Positions 1 through 10,824 of a stretch of DNA of 64,000 nt are shown piece by piece. The DNA lies in the NCBI RefSeq assembly GCF_032191835.1, contig NC_083224.1, positions 97,836,001-97,900,000 of the forward strand. Reading direction: 5' to 3'. Numbering within the stretch: position 1 is the stretch's first letter; every line of letters begins with the position of its first letter. The notes beneath the pieces were generated by a model. The model was given only the letters and a program-made list of their open reading frames with translations. It was not told the DNA's origin and searched no databases. Source of the stretch: Heteronotia binoei (taxonomy: Eukaryota). The position numbers and the translations under genes are program-made.

Positions 1-174
1 GATTTAAGCATGTTTTAAGTTTCTTAAAAAAATATTTGTGTTTGTGTTGTTTATAAAGTTTATATCTCTGCTACCTAATATTAAATAGGTACACACACAG
101 CCTGGCCTGACATGGCTTGGCTCAACAAAGTCTCATTTATGTCCGATCCAGCCCTCATGAGTTCGACACCCCTT
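1..174. mobile_element. hAT-type MITE, partial (CAGGGGTGTCAAAC TIR family)
   Basis: Ends in gagttcgacacccct (TIR). Reverse-complement similarity to the copy starting at 63760; fragments also at 40908-40968 and about 42400-42535. Confidence 0.7.
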
Positions 175-964
175 GTATGGTATATTTTTATGTGGAATGC
201 ATCACCTCTTCAATTCATTCAGAATTCAACTTTTAATATTAATTGAAATTTAAGAGCCCCAGGACACAATTTACTAAGAACTTACCTTTTGAGTTGAACT
301 TCCATTCCTGTTCCAAAAGTGGTGAATTTTTGTATGCTTTGTATGAATTGTATTTGATTTTCTTTGGAATTGACTAACTTGAATGAATGACAGACAAAAT
401 ATTTATTAGTGAGACTGAGATGTAATAATTATTTGGAGATTGTTCAAAATATACATATATTAAATTTTGTCCTATTTTATATAAAGAGCTTTGTATGTTC
501 ACAAATGGTGGGTTTTGCTGAATGTTGGTATGATTTGTTTCATCATGATGGACTGCAACATATAGAATGCTGTTATGCTCTGGCTTGGATTTTATGCTGC
601 AAAAAGATTTGCCATCTAATACCAGGTATTCAATATATTAGAATGGCTCACTTTTTTATTTTATCTGTTATGAAGGTGTAGAGATTGTACTGCATAGTGA
701 AACTTTTTTACCCTTTAATAAACTTTTATATATAAGGTCTGTTTTATTTGTGTGCATTCAACCTCAAAGACCCATGGGGCTGAGTATTGCTCAAAGGACA
801 AGGATCAATAACCCAGGGGGTCCTAGGTTTGGATTTCTGACAGAGAGCATCTTGCATTAGCAGAAGGCACCATCAACTGATGGAAATGCACAGGCAACAA
901 CTGAACAAAATTATATTATCCAACCAATTGTGGCAATGTATGCTGTGACAAAAAATGGCAGAGA

Positions 965-1110
965 AAAGAACATAAGAAGAGCCCTGCTGGATCAAATCAG
1001 TCCTCCATATAGTCCAGCATCCTGCTTCACACAGTGACCAACCATTTCCTTTTAAGGTCCAATAGAGGCTGAGGCCTTCCCCTGATGTGGCCTCCTGGCA
1101 CTAGTATTCA
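965..1110 (-). mobile_element. CR1-like LINE 3' end fragment
   Basis: aagaacataagaagagccctgctggatca...tagtccagcatcctgcttcacacagtg, the reverse of the tail type seen at 19000-19070. Confidence 0.55.
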
Positions 1111-1331
1111 GAGGTTTATTGCCTCTGTTTGGAAACAATCCCGAACAAAACCATTCTTAGAAAGCTGGAGTATTATGAATTAGGCTTCTCTAGGGTTCCT
1201 TACAGTTATTCCATGAGACATTCTCTGCATCCTGAAGTTAACACTATGAGTATTGAGGTGTGTTTGAAACAAAGGACAGCATTCACATTTGCAAAGACAA
1301 GAAAAGACTCCAAGTACATAATGTCAGAAGA

Positions 1332-1337
1332 TTTATT
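1332..1337 (-). terminator. Candidate SELENOP2 polyadenylation signal
   Basis: AATAAA on the minus strand about 310 nt downstream of the SECIS; position only, no transcript evidence. Confidence 0.4.
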
Positions 1338-1647
1338 TCTGCTAGAATATATTTTCACTTTTTCCATTTCAACACCCAGTAAACCACTTTTACCAAGGCT
1401 GACCTTGAATCTTCCTACTGAGTCAGATGTCTATAGAAATAAGAAATCCCCCACACTGCCTAGACTTGGCTAATTCCATGTCACCAACTTCAATCTATGT
1501 ATGGATCTCGATGTACAAAGCCTTGCGCTCCAGGCAAAAAGCCAGCTTTGCTCTGCTTTCACTTTTTCATATGCTAGCAGTTAGTATTATCCATCTGCCA
1601 AAACTGGTTTCTGATCCTGTCCCTCTAGTTCCTTTGACATACTTTTC

Positions 1648-1712
1648 TGTACAGTGTCAGCCTGCAGAGACTAGAATATTCTAGTTTACACTGCATACGT
1701 CATTAAATGCAG
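1648..1712 (-). promoter_or_regulatory. SECIS element (form 2) in SELENOP2 3' UTR
   Basis: Minus strand: tgcattta-ATGA-cgtatgcagtgt-AAA-ctagaatattctag-tctctgcaggc-TGAC-actgta. Shows the AUGA/GA quartet, helix II (gtatgcag/ctgcaggc), unpaired AAA and an apical mini-stem CTAGAA-TA-TTCTAG. Confidence 0.9.
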
Positions 1713-1777
1713 AAAAGCAGGAAATATGAAAGGGAATCAAGCCTGGCTTCCCAGCAGATAGCAATTGTAACACTTTT

Positions 1778-2558
1778 GGGTGCAGTCACACGTCACATTA
1801 AAAGCGGGTGTGTAGCGCTCAAATTTGAACCGCAGAATATTGATTCGATGCAGGGTCGTTCAGACGAGCATCCAAGAATGCGACTTATTCTGTTGTTGAG
1901 CGATCAGACATCCAATACTATCACGCTCTTTTCTTGGAGCATGAGTGATCAGATGGTGATTTCTGGGATGGGGGGGGGGTCCATTGAACATGTGCCCAAC
2001 TGTTTGGAGGTGGGAAATCAAACGTTGCTTCAGAGGCAGGGGGGACGGGGGGAAGTTTCCAGAATTAACGTTGCCGATTCAAACCAAGGAACTGCCAGGA
2101 ATTACTTTCCTAGAAATTGGCAGTGACAATAATATCTGGAAATCCTCCACACTGAAAAAATTTTTTTTTCCCTGTTCTGAATGGTGGGATAATGTCCCTC
2201 CCCCCTCCGATCCTGTGTTGATTGGAGAAGCAGAAGCGTCACCTCAGATTCCCGGATGATCTGGCAATGCGCATGTCTGCTGGGGCTTTTTAAAAAAAAA
2301 AGGTGGGAGGGGCGGTAAACATTCCAAGGGGCAGTATCGTGCGTGAGCTGTCCAAACAGGAAAAAGCTGATCTTGTGCTGCTTTTTTGAAAAAGGGCCGG
2401 ACTTTCTGCGCTGTCAAATTAATGCAGCACTGATCCGCAGCAAGTCGGAATGACCCTGGATGACGCTCGATTGCCAGATGTGGATGTCTGGACGAACATA
2501 TTTAATCCGTCAGCGAGACGGAGCTGTGTTGCCACTAATGGTACGTCTGAACGCACCC
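1778..2558. mobile_element. Non-autonomous DNA transposon (MITE, PIF/Harbinger-like TIR) in SELENOP2 3' UTR
   Basis: Imperfect TIRs gggtgcagtcacacgt (1778-1793) and acgtctgaacgcaccc (2543-2558), 13/16 match, with TTTT on both flanks. CpG-rich interior. Superfamily assignment is inference. Confidence 0.65.
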
Positions 2559-2683
2559 TTTTGTGACCCAAAGAAGGCAAGATGGCCACTGTCACCACAG
2601 GCAAAGTGAAGAATAAAAATTGCTTTGATATCTCAGCTCCAGGGCATTGACACTGTTGGCTTTGTGAAACACAGTTCTTGATA

Positions 2684-2795
2684 TAAAGCTACATCCATAC
2701 ATCATTGGCTATTGCATATAATTGGCTATTGCATATATACATCATTGGCTATTGCAAATATAAAGCTACATCCATACATCATTGGCTATTGCATG
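2684..2795. repeat. Short tandem/nested repeat (attggctattgca x4)
   Basis: aaagctacatccatacatcattggctattgca occurs twice, plus two shorter internal copies. Confidence 0.85.
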
Positions 2796-3215
2796 CTGAT
2801 TGCACTGTTGCAATCATTAGCAACTGAATTAGCTTGTCCACACAGGAAAATCCAGTTGTGAATTTTTGCTGTGACACAGCAATTGCACTGTATCCAATGA
2901 TATGTGCCTGTAACCCAAGTGTAATCACAGACTGATTCAAAATGAGAAGCCAGATTGCATCAAGTACAGTACATGCAGTTAGACTTACGATGGTGTGTGC
3001 CACATAACAAAAAAGCCATGTTCTAAAAGGGGTTTTGTGTTGATTTAGGAAGGGAACAGAAAATTCAGTATCCTTGCTGCTCTGAACATTGAACCATCTA
3101 ACTATTTATTCTGAAACGGTAGGTTTGACCTATGGTTTTAAAATATAGGCCCTCCCCCATTTAAACTAAAGCTATTTGCCTCACAGTTGGATCTTGCCTA
3201 CATAAAAACAAATTT

Positions 3216-3467
3216 TTATGATTCTGATTCCTGTTGTTTCTGTAGTTGGCTCTGAGAATGGGGAACTGGCTGGGATGTACCGGCCAAATCAAAGGCCCTG
3301 TGGTTGCTGCTCACTATATGATGCAAAATGTGATGGGTTACACGCTCTGCAAAGTTGGGTGCCTCTTTGGTCTTCCCTTCATGCTTGTGGCTGGAAACTT
3401 CCTGGCTCTTTTCACTGTGTCTGGAAGCCTCAGTTGTCATCACGCTAGTCTCTGCTGTGCTATTTAT
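3216..3467 (-). CDS. SELENOP2: SELENOP2 terminal coding exon (His/Ser-rich tail, no further Sec)
   Basis: Acceptor ttttcacag|ata, phase 0. INSTAETS...HKHEGK...HHILHH...ESES then TAA at 3216-3218. A single-Sec short form, consistent with SELENOP2/SelPb rather than multi-Sec SELENOP1. Confidence 0.88.
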   Translation of the reverse strand: MNSTAETSVMTTEASRHSEKSQEVSSHKHEGKTKEAPNFAERVTHHILHHIVSSNHRAFDLAGTSQPVPHSQSQLQKQQESES

Positions 3468-3914
3468 CTGTGAAAATAGCATCAAGTTCTGGTTTATTAT
3501 ATCAGTGGACAAGGTGAAAATAGATATATGATAGTTTTGTGCAAGGGGTTTGAATAGGCATTATCTTCATCCTTTGTTTTTAGGGCAGAAAATGCATGTC
3601 CATTTAAAATGTGACATCTGTGTGTGTAACCTAAGTCTAAATTGATAATTTCAGATGGTACAGATGCTTTGCAGTATTCCAACAACTTTTTAGCTTGCTG
3701 GAAAATTGTCCCAATTTTCTGTACACTAGACTAGCACAGAGACCTACTGAACAAGGATATGCAGTCCTCCTTCTACCCTATGCACCTCACTGTAAGGAGA
3801 ATGCAAGAAAAAATCTTACAGAATTTCTGTTCAGAAGATCAGGCTGGACCAATGTCCAGAAAATGAAGAAGCTTCATCAAGTGAGCAAGAGGGAGCAAGA
3901 ATTCAAATTCCTAC

Positions 3915-4053
3915 CTCTTGGTTGCTGTTAGAACGGTACCAGGAACAATTGCCACAGTAGTCATTGTAATATGTGTAGTGTACAGCAGCTTCAACATAAG
4001 GGAAGTGCAGGAAACTGTATGGCAACTGGATGTGGAAAGTCAGCTTGCTGCAC
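3915..4053 (-). CDS. SELENOP2: SELENOP2 coding exon 3
   Basis: 139 bp, gttatag|g ... gag|gtagga. CSKLTFHIQLPYSFLHFPYVEAAVHYTYYNDYCGNCSWYRSNSNQE contains the family motifs LPYSFLxFPYVE and CGNC. Confidence 0.95.
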
Positions 4054-5019
4054 CTATAACGTCCAAGAGTCATGGAAGAAAAAAAATTACAGAATTGGTG
4101 TCAGGATCCATTCACACCAGGAACGACTCTGGCCTGGTCTAAACTGGCCTTATGTTTTTTATAAAGTAAGACAATAATAAGAAAAAATGCATAACAAAGG
4201 CAATGAGTTGGTTGGAGAGTGACACAGGAGCACATTCATCTTTTGGCCCCTCATTTCAAAAGCTAACTCATTCAAGCTTTATGCTGTTTCGCTTCTCAGT
4301 CTTCAAGCTGCCCCAGTGTGTGCTGCAGAATATAATGCAGACATACCATCTCCACATTTTCCCCCCTAGACATCTCCACAAGCAGCCAAAGTTCAAGGCC
4401 CTCTGGTGCACGTGATGTTTGGAAAAGAAAGCAACAACAAGCTACTTTACACAATTCTCAAACCCTTGGAGCAAGTTAGGCAGGATAGAAATAAACTTTG
4501 CTGTCCAATGGAGACAGAAAATGGCAAGGGAGTGCAGTCTGGCCATCCCTGAGTCGGTACCAGGCACCACGTCAGGACAAAGATCAGAGCTTTTGATTGG
4601 TAGTTTAGATCCTATATTGAGGAACGGAAGATTGGTATCACTTACCGTGAAGCTTCCTTCTCGGTGGACTGGCAGTGGGTCGGTCCGACTACTGGGTATA
4701 GGCTCCTCCTCCTCGTCACAGGGTCGGGTGCTCCAATCGATCCGGAGGGGGAGTGGCCTATACCACCCAGGACGCGCCAGTTGTATCCAAGCCGCATCCC
4801 CCTAATAATAAAAATTTTCACCACCTCCCCATTCACGTACAGAGACGAATAAATGAGAAGATTAGTTTATTACAGTTCAACACACCATACAAATGGCAGA
4901 TTGAAAGAAAGTCACTGTTAAGCAAAGCAAAGGTAACATCCTCCCCACAGGGAAAGCACCATTGCTCCAGGATCCATCTCCAAAACTCAGGAAGCCGCTC
5001 AACCTTTAACGGGAGGGCC

Positions 5020-5122
5020 GGACCGACCCACTGCCAGTCCACCGAGAAGGAAGCTTCACGGTAAGTGATACCAATCTTCCGTTCTCCGGTGGTCTGGACA
5101 GTGGGTCGGTCCGACTACTGGG
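5020..5122. repeat. DIRS internal complementary region (ICR)
   Basis: 5020-5083 is the reverse complement of 4623-4686, and 5082-5122 is the reverse complement of 10063-10103. The two halves join at ...CCGTT|CTCCGG..., reproducing the circle junction. Confidence 0.95.
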
Positions 5123-5166
5123 ACGTAACAAAGCTGAACATCCCCGGGCGGGACCGGCTTCCCTGT

Positions 5167-6200
5167 TTAGAGTGCATGCTGCAGCACACGCCTCCCAAAG
5201 GCTGCCTCCGCTGAAGCCCATTTATCCACTTTATAGTGCCTGGTAAAGGTATGTACCGATTTCCAAGTCGCTGCCTTACACACAGCTTCTAAGGACGGAA
5301 AGGACCGGTACACAGCTGATGTTGCAGCACCCCTTAGAGAATGGGCCGTGATCCCATCTGGAGGGGTTTGACCTTGGGCCTTGTAAGCCAAAACAATACA
5401 CTCCCGTAGCCACCTGGCTAAGGGAGGAAGTGGAGACCTGTCGTCCCTGCGACTACTTGCTAAATGAAACAAACAATGCATCAGACTTCCTCCAGTCTTT
5501 TGTGCGATCAATGTAAAAACTAAGTGCCCTCCTAACGTCTAAACAGTGCAGCTCCCTTTTCTTGGGAGACTGGGGGTTGGGACAAAAATTTGGAAGAACC
5601 AACTCCTGGGACCTATGAAAGACAGAATTAACTTTAGGAATGAAAGATGGGTCTGGCCTCAGCACCACCCTTTCATTATGGAAAACACAAAGCTCCTAGT
5701 CGACCGACAGGGCCCTTAACTCAGACACTCTCCGTGCTGTAGTGATACCCACCAGAAAAATTGTTTTTAGAGTCAGTTCCTTCAGTCCACAGGAAGCCAT
5801 AGGTTCGAAGGGACGCCCACACAACACAGTTAGTACTATATTCAACTTCCACGAGGGGAATCTATGTACCTGTGGGGGCTTAAGGAGAGCAACACCCTTC
5901 AGGAACCGTTTAATGTGCGGATGCGCTGACAAGGACTTACGTCCCCGCACCCCCTGTATAGACGATATGGCCGCCACCTGATGCCGTAGCGTGCTGGTAG
6001 AAAGCCCCTTGTCTGCCCCTTCCTGAAGAAAACCTAGAATACCATTTACCTTCACCTTCATCGGATCCCACCCCCGTAAGGTAGACCACGAAGCAAAAAC
6101 CTTCCAGGTGGTATTGTATATCCTATTAGTGGAACACTTACACGATGCTAACATAGTGTCCACCACTCTGGTGCTAAAACCTAGTTCCTTGAGCTGTAAC
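5167..6200 (-). pseudogene. DIRS tyrosine recombinase
   Basis: STNRIYNTTWKVF, TTARRVSELRAL (catalytic R), AHSLR (HxxR), AATW, TRHY (catalytic Y). In-frame TAG at 5696 and 5453 and a +1 frameshift near 5425. Confidence 0.92.
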
Positions 6201-7965
6201 CGCTCAACTTCCAAACTGTCAATTGCAACATGTCTGGTTGAGGATGAGACATGCTGCCCTGTGTCAGAAGGTCGTCCCTCCCTGGCAGCCGCCAAGGAGG
6301 CTGAATAGACAACCTCAGGAGCTCCTGGAACCATGACCGTCTCGGCCAGAAGGGAGCCACCAACACCATCTCCGCCTTTAGTTCCACCACCCTCTGTAAC
6401 ACCCTGGGTAATAGAGGAAGGGGCGGGAAGGCCTACACTAGTCCCGTCAGCGCTGAGGGCATCGTTTCCTTCTGCCCTTGTGTCTCTGACCTTGGCAAAG
6501 AACCTGTCCACTTGGCAATTTTCTGCCGCGGCAAACAAGTCCACCGACACAGGTCCGTACCTGTCCACTATTAGACGGAAGGTGTCCCTGTGTAACATCC
6601 ACTCTGTTTGGTCCAGCCAGCGTCTGCTGAGCCAATCCGCTAGCAGATTGTCCTTCCCTGGAACATGCACCGCTTTGATTGACAGGAGATTGACTTCGGC
6701 CCACTCGAAGAGAGCCTTCGCCTCGGCATGAAGTGATTTCACCCTGGTTCCTCCCTGTCGATTTACATATGCTTTGAGTTGTCTGTTTTCACCAGGACAT
6801 GGTGACCCCTCAGAACTGCCTGCAACCCTAACCGGATCGCCCTGAGTTCCAGGAAGTTGATACTGCGCTTCATCTCGTGAGGCTCCCACTGACCCTGGAT
6901 CATTTGATCCTGTGAGTGAGCCCCCCAACCCCATAAACTGGCATCTGTAGTCATGCAAACCCTCTGAGGTTCGCAAAGCGGGTAACCTGGACTGAAAAGA
7001 CCCGGGTTCAACCACCACTGTAACTGGGACGTCACCTCTAACGGTAGTGTCACCAGTTTGGGAATTTTGCTCCTTATAATCTCCTGAAAAGGCCGCAGAA
7101 AAAATTGTAGGGGATGAGTGTGGAATCTGGCCCAAGACAGTAGATCCTGAAAGGATACCATCATCCCTAAGACTTGTGCTAACTTCATGACTGGCACCTT
7201 CGGTTGCTGTAACACCCCTTGCAGAAGGAGGCAAAACTTCTCCCGTCTCTCTGGGGTTAAGAAGACTCTGTCCACCTTTGTATTTATTTCCACTCCCAGA
7301 TGCACTAGTATCTGAGAGGGAAGCAGATTGCTCTTCTCTAGGTTCACCACGAAGCCGTGAGAGCGCAACATGGTCACTGTCTGCTGCATGCCCTCCAGGC
7401 ATTGCTGGTGGGACCCTGCCTTCACCAGAATGTCGTCCAGGGAAGGAAATAGGGCCACACCCCGTAATCTCAGCTCCGCCACCAGGGTCACCAGAATTTT
7501 TGTGAATACCCGGGGCGCAGACTGCAGACCAAACGGCAGGGCTCGATATTGAAAATGCTTCCCCCCGTAGGAGAAACGTAGAAAACTTCTGTGTGATTCC
7601 CGAATGGGAACATGCAAGTAGGCCTCTGACAGATCCAAGGAAGCCAGAAAATCCTGAGGCTGAATGGCTAGCAATACTGACCGTAGTGTCTCCATCTTGA
7701 AATGTTTTGTCAGGATGAACTTGTTGAGCCATTTCAGATCCAGAATGGTTCTGAACTCCCCGTTCTTTTGGGGAACTAAAAATATCACCAAATAGACCCC
7801 CAAACCCTGTTGAAGTACCGGGATGGCCTCCACTGCCCCTATATTCACCAAGTGCTGAATGGCCGACAACATTGCTCTGTGAGCAGATAAATCTTTTTTC
7901 CGGGGAACCCCTCGAAAATGGTTGGGGGGAAGAGAGTGGAATTCCAAGGCGTAACCTTGTTCCAC
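6181..7965 (-). pseudogene. DIRS pol: reverse transcriptase, RNase H, methyltransferase-like domain
   Basis: RTILDLKWLN, LDLSEAYLHVPI, LPFGLQSAPRVFTK, SLDDIL (RT). TTDASLWGWGAH, INFLELRAI, KTDN/KAYVNRQGG, NLLADWLSR (RH). AFPPLPLLPRVL, VLVAPFWPRRSWF (MT). Frameshifts near 6770 and 6450; YLDD reads SLDD. Confidence 0.92.
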
Positions 7966-8060
7966 TACTTCTAGAACCCACTTGTCCTGAATTGACTGAT
8001 TCCTCTGTGAAAAGGGAAGGACGACCCCCTATTTTGTTTGTCGGCTGGTGAGAGGCATAG

Positions 8061-9429
8061 TCACTGGGATCCTCCTTTCTTGGAGGGGTTTTTGGAACCC
8101 TGATCTGCCTTCCCAGAGTAATATGGTTTGGGATCACGCCCCTTCTGCTGCCACTTGCCTCTGAAGGGACGAAAGGAACCTGGTCTGGATGGTTTCTTCG
8201 AATCTCGAAAGGAAGGAAAGGACTTCCTCTGTTTCGACTCTTTACTCTTGGAAGGTAAAACCTTTTTATCCTTGTTCTCAATGAGGTATCTATCTAGACC
8301 CTCCCCGAACAACAAGGCTCCTTTAAAAGGCACCGCTGCCACCCTGGCTTGGGCTGCAGTGTCTACCTCCCAATTACGCAACCAAATGTTGCGTCTGGCA
8401 GCTACCCCACATGCCATGGCCCTGGCCGCCAGTTGCATGGTGTCTAATGAACTATCTGCCACGAAGGCAGCGGATAAAGCAATCTTTTTTAACTCGTCCT
8501 TGAACTCCTTAGGAGCTCCACTGTCTGCTGCTGCCAAGTTATTAGACCACGTGCACATTGCTCTGGCAAACAATGAAGACGTAGTGGCTGCCTTGATGGC
8601 CCAAGATGTCGCTTCAAACTCTTTGCGTAAGGCCTGCTCAACCCTCCTATCGCATGGATCCCTGGGTAAACCATCTGCGTCCATAGGAAGGACCGAATTG
8701 GAAATCAGGCTAGTTACAGGGTCATCCACTGTTGGTAACTTTAATCTCTTAGTAGCCTGTGGAATAAGCGAATAAAGTTTGGAGAGAACCTGTTGGTTTG
8801 CTTTAGGCTTAGTCGGACGTTCCCATTCCGCTTTGACTAAGGCAAAAAAGGCCGCAGGCAAAGGAACCCCTGTCTGCACTGCTCAATTTTGGCATCATCT
8901 CCCCTGAACCTGTGGGGAGATCAGGATCCAACTCCTCATTTTCTTTAGGAGTGGGTACAAAGTTGAAGGTCCTCAGTACTTTGGGAAGCAATTTTGAATA
9001 GTATTCAGAAGGAAAGAGCCTAGATTGAACAGTGTCAGTCTGCTCCTCCTTGTCTGACAGTTCACCCTCCTCCTTATCTGACTGCTCAGAGTTTTCTGAT
9101 TCCTCAGCTGAGCTCAAGAGGGGGGAATCCAAACCCAAAGGAGGCTTGATCTTAGAGCGTCCTTCCATAGTGTCACTGGGACTAGTATCTCTGCCCCTTT
9201 TCCCTCCATCCTTCTTTTTTGGTTGTAGGGAAGCAGGGGAGTCCAGCTGCTGACGAAGGTCCTGTCCCAACTCTTTTAGCAGCTCTTTCTTAAGCCAAAG
9301 GACTAAATTTGACTTGGCATCCTCTCCTGTGAGGTCAAGATTCTGAGCCTCCTGTTGAGGAGTCAGAGCCCCAGACAGAAGAGGTAGACCACATTCGCTG
9401 TGTGAGTTGCTGTGTGAGCTAGCCGCCAT
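8061..9429 (-). pseudogene. DIRS gag-like ORF1, frameshifted near 8880
   Basis: ATG at 9429 (MAASSHS...). The second part VPLPAAFFALVKAEWERP...LPTVDDPV...DPCDRRVEQALRK...LFGEGLD resembles vertebrate DIRS1 ORF1. Confidence 0.8.
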
Positions 9430-10397
9430 TTTGTAGCTTCTCACGTCCCTATAAGGGAAGGAAAGGCAAAAGCAACTAAAAAAGAAGCGGGAAAAGGCTC
9501 AGAATGGAAGACAGAATGTCTCCGTTGCACCCTCTATTGGGCCTTTTGGTATCTTGCCTTCCAGTCAGGAACAAACCCCCTCAGAGGCCTCTCTCTCTCA
9601 CTCCTTTGCCAAGCCTATACGACTAGGCAGTCCGAAGGAGAGACAACGCGGGCAGCCTGGGGACCCATCTGAAGCCCCGTGGACTCGCGCGCAGCCCTGT
9701 TGCTGTAGGGCGGCTTACCGCGCTGCCTCTGCGCTTACCGCCTCTCTTTCCTTCCGGCTTGGTTCCAATCGCGACTGCGAGGGAATGAAGCGCTGCGGGC
9801 GTCTGCCGTTCGCTCAAGGTCTACTCGTGAGTAGACCCCGCAGACTGCCGCCACCGGTGTTGTTGGGACCGATCCCAACGCTTCCGGTCTGTTTTGTTTC
9901 AGTAATCCGGATCTTCTGCGCTTCTCAGCAAGCGCCTGGAGAAAAACCGTCCTGCCTCGTGCAGGGCCGGGAGAAGAACTGGCGCGTCCTGGGTGGTATA
10001 GGCCATTCCCCCTCCGGATCGATTGGAGCACCCGACCCTGTGACGAGGAGGAGGAGCCTATACCCAGTAGTCGGACCGACCCACTGTCCAGACCACCGGA
10101 GAATTTGGGATTTCAATCCCCACCATGTACTATCATTCTCATAGCTCACTTCTGTCTGCATACTGTGTTAGTCACCTTTCAAATAGAAGCAAGAATAAGT
10201 GTAGGCAATTCCTTGGAGAGCCATCTTGTCCTGATAAATGATTGAAGTTTGTAACCCTGCAAACTGCCTGGCAAGTTACATTGATGGTTCATGGTCCTTT
10301 AAGTTATCTAGAGCCTGGGTTCTACTAAGGAGAGAGACATAACAATGTCCCTTTCCTTGCTATAAAGACAGCAGAGGAAATTAGTTTAAACACTGAC

Positions 10398-10610
10398 CTG
10401 TCATAGATCAGGAAGTCATCCTTGTCCCCATGTAGAATTTGCCAGACATCAGGTTCCAAGATCTCCTGCTGGTAAACAGGCATTCCCTCTGGAGCATGCC
10501 GCTTGAGCTCCCAATACATTGCCCGGGAAAAAGGAGTCTTCTCATTCACAATCATGAAGCTTATATTGACCATCCCTTCATGGGACAGTTTCTTCTGCAA
10601 GTTGCCAAGG
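10398..10610 (-). CDS. SELENOP2: SELENOP2 coding exon 2
   Basis: 213 bp, ctaccag|c ... gacag|gtcagt, phases 2/2. SLGNLQKKLSHEGMVNISFMIVNEKTPFSRAMYWELKRHAPEGMPVYQQEILEPDVWQILHGDKDDFLIYDR is typical of SELENOP. Confidence 0.95.
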
Positions 10611-10824
10611 CTGGTAGTAGAAAGCAGCAAGAAAATTCAGGAAATGAGGAGAACTCACCCCTTCCTCTGCATACACACTAAAGACAGTCATTTCCACAGG
10701 CTGGCTCACAAAACTCACCTATCTGGCAAAAGCAGTTACAGAGTCCAATTCTACATAGCTCTTGTTCTACACAACATTAGAATATGTATAAATTCTAATT
10801 CAGGAGCAAATTACATCCATCTTG

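Larger units (their letters stand above)
4623..10103 (-). mobile_element. DIRS1-type tyrosine-recombinase retrotransposon, structurally full length (5481 bp), ORFs disrupted
   Basis: Inverted terminal repeats (9977-10103 vs 4657-4782), a 3' extension 4623-4656, an internal complementary region 5020-5122, gag, RT/RNaseH, MT and YR ORFs. No TSD; both ends read TT. Confidence 0.95.

Noticed and set aside
409-681. 90-aa ORF near the window start
   Set aside because: AT-rich, no motifs, no splice support.
3087-3140. Possible second SECIS near the SELENOP2 stop
   Set aside because: No AUGA/GA quartet with correctly spaced AAA on the minus strand.
5696-8281. 861-aa ORF as a single novel gene
   Set aside because: It is a frameshift chimera of DIRS ORF3, RNase H and YR.
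8128-8775. Plus-strand ORFs antisense to DIRS gag/pol (also 6333-6731, 9554-10144)
   Set aside because: Antisense shadows of coding or GC-rich sequence, with no independent motifs.
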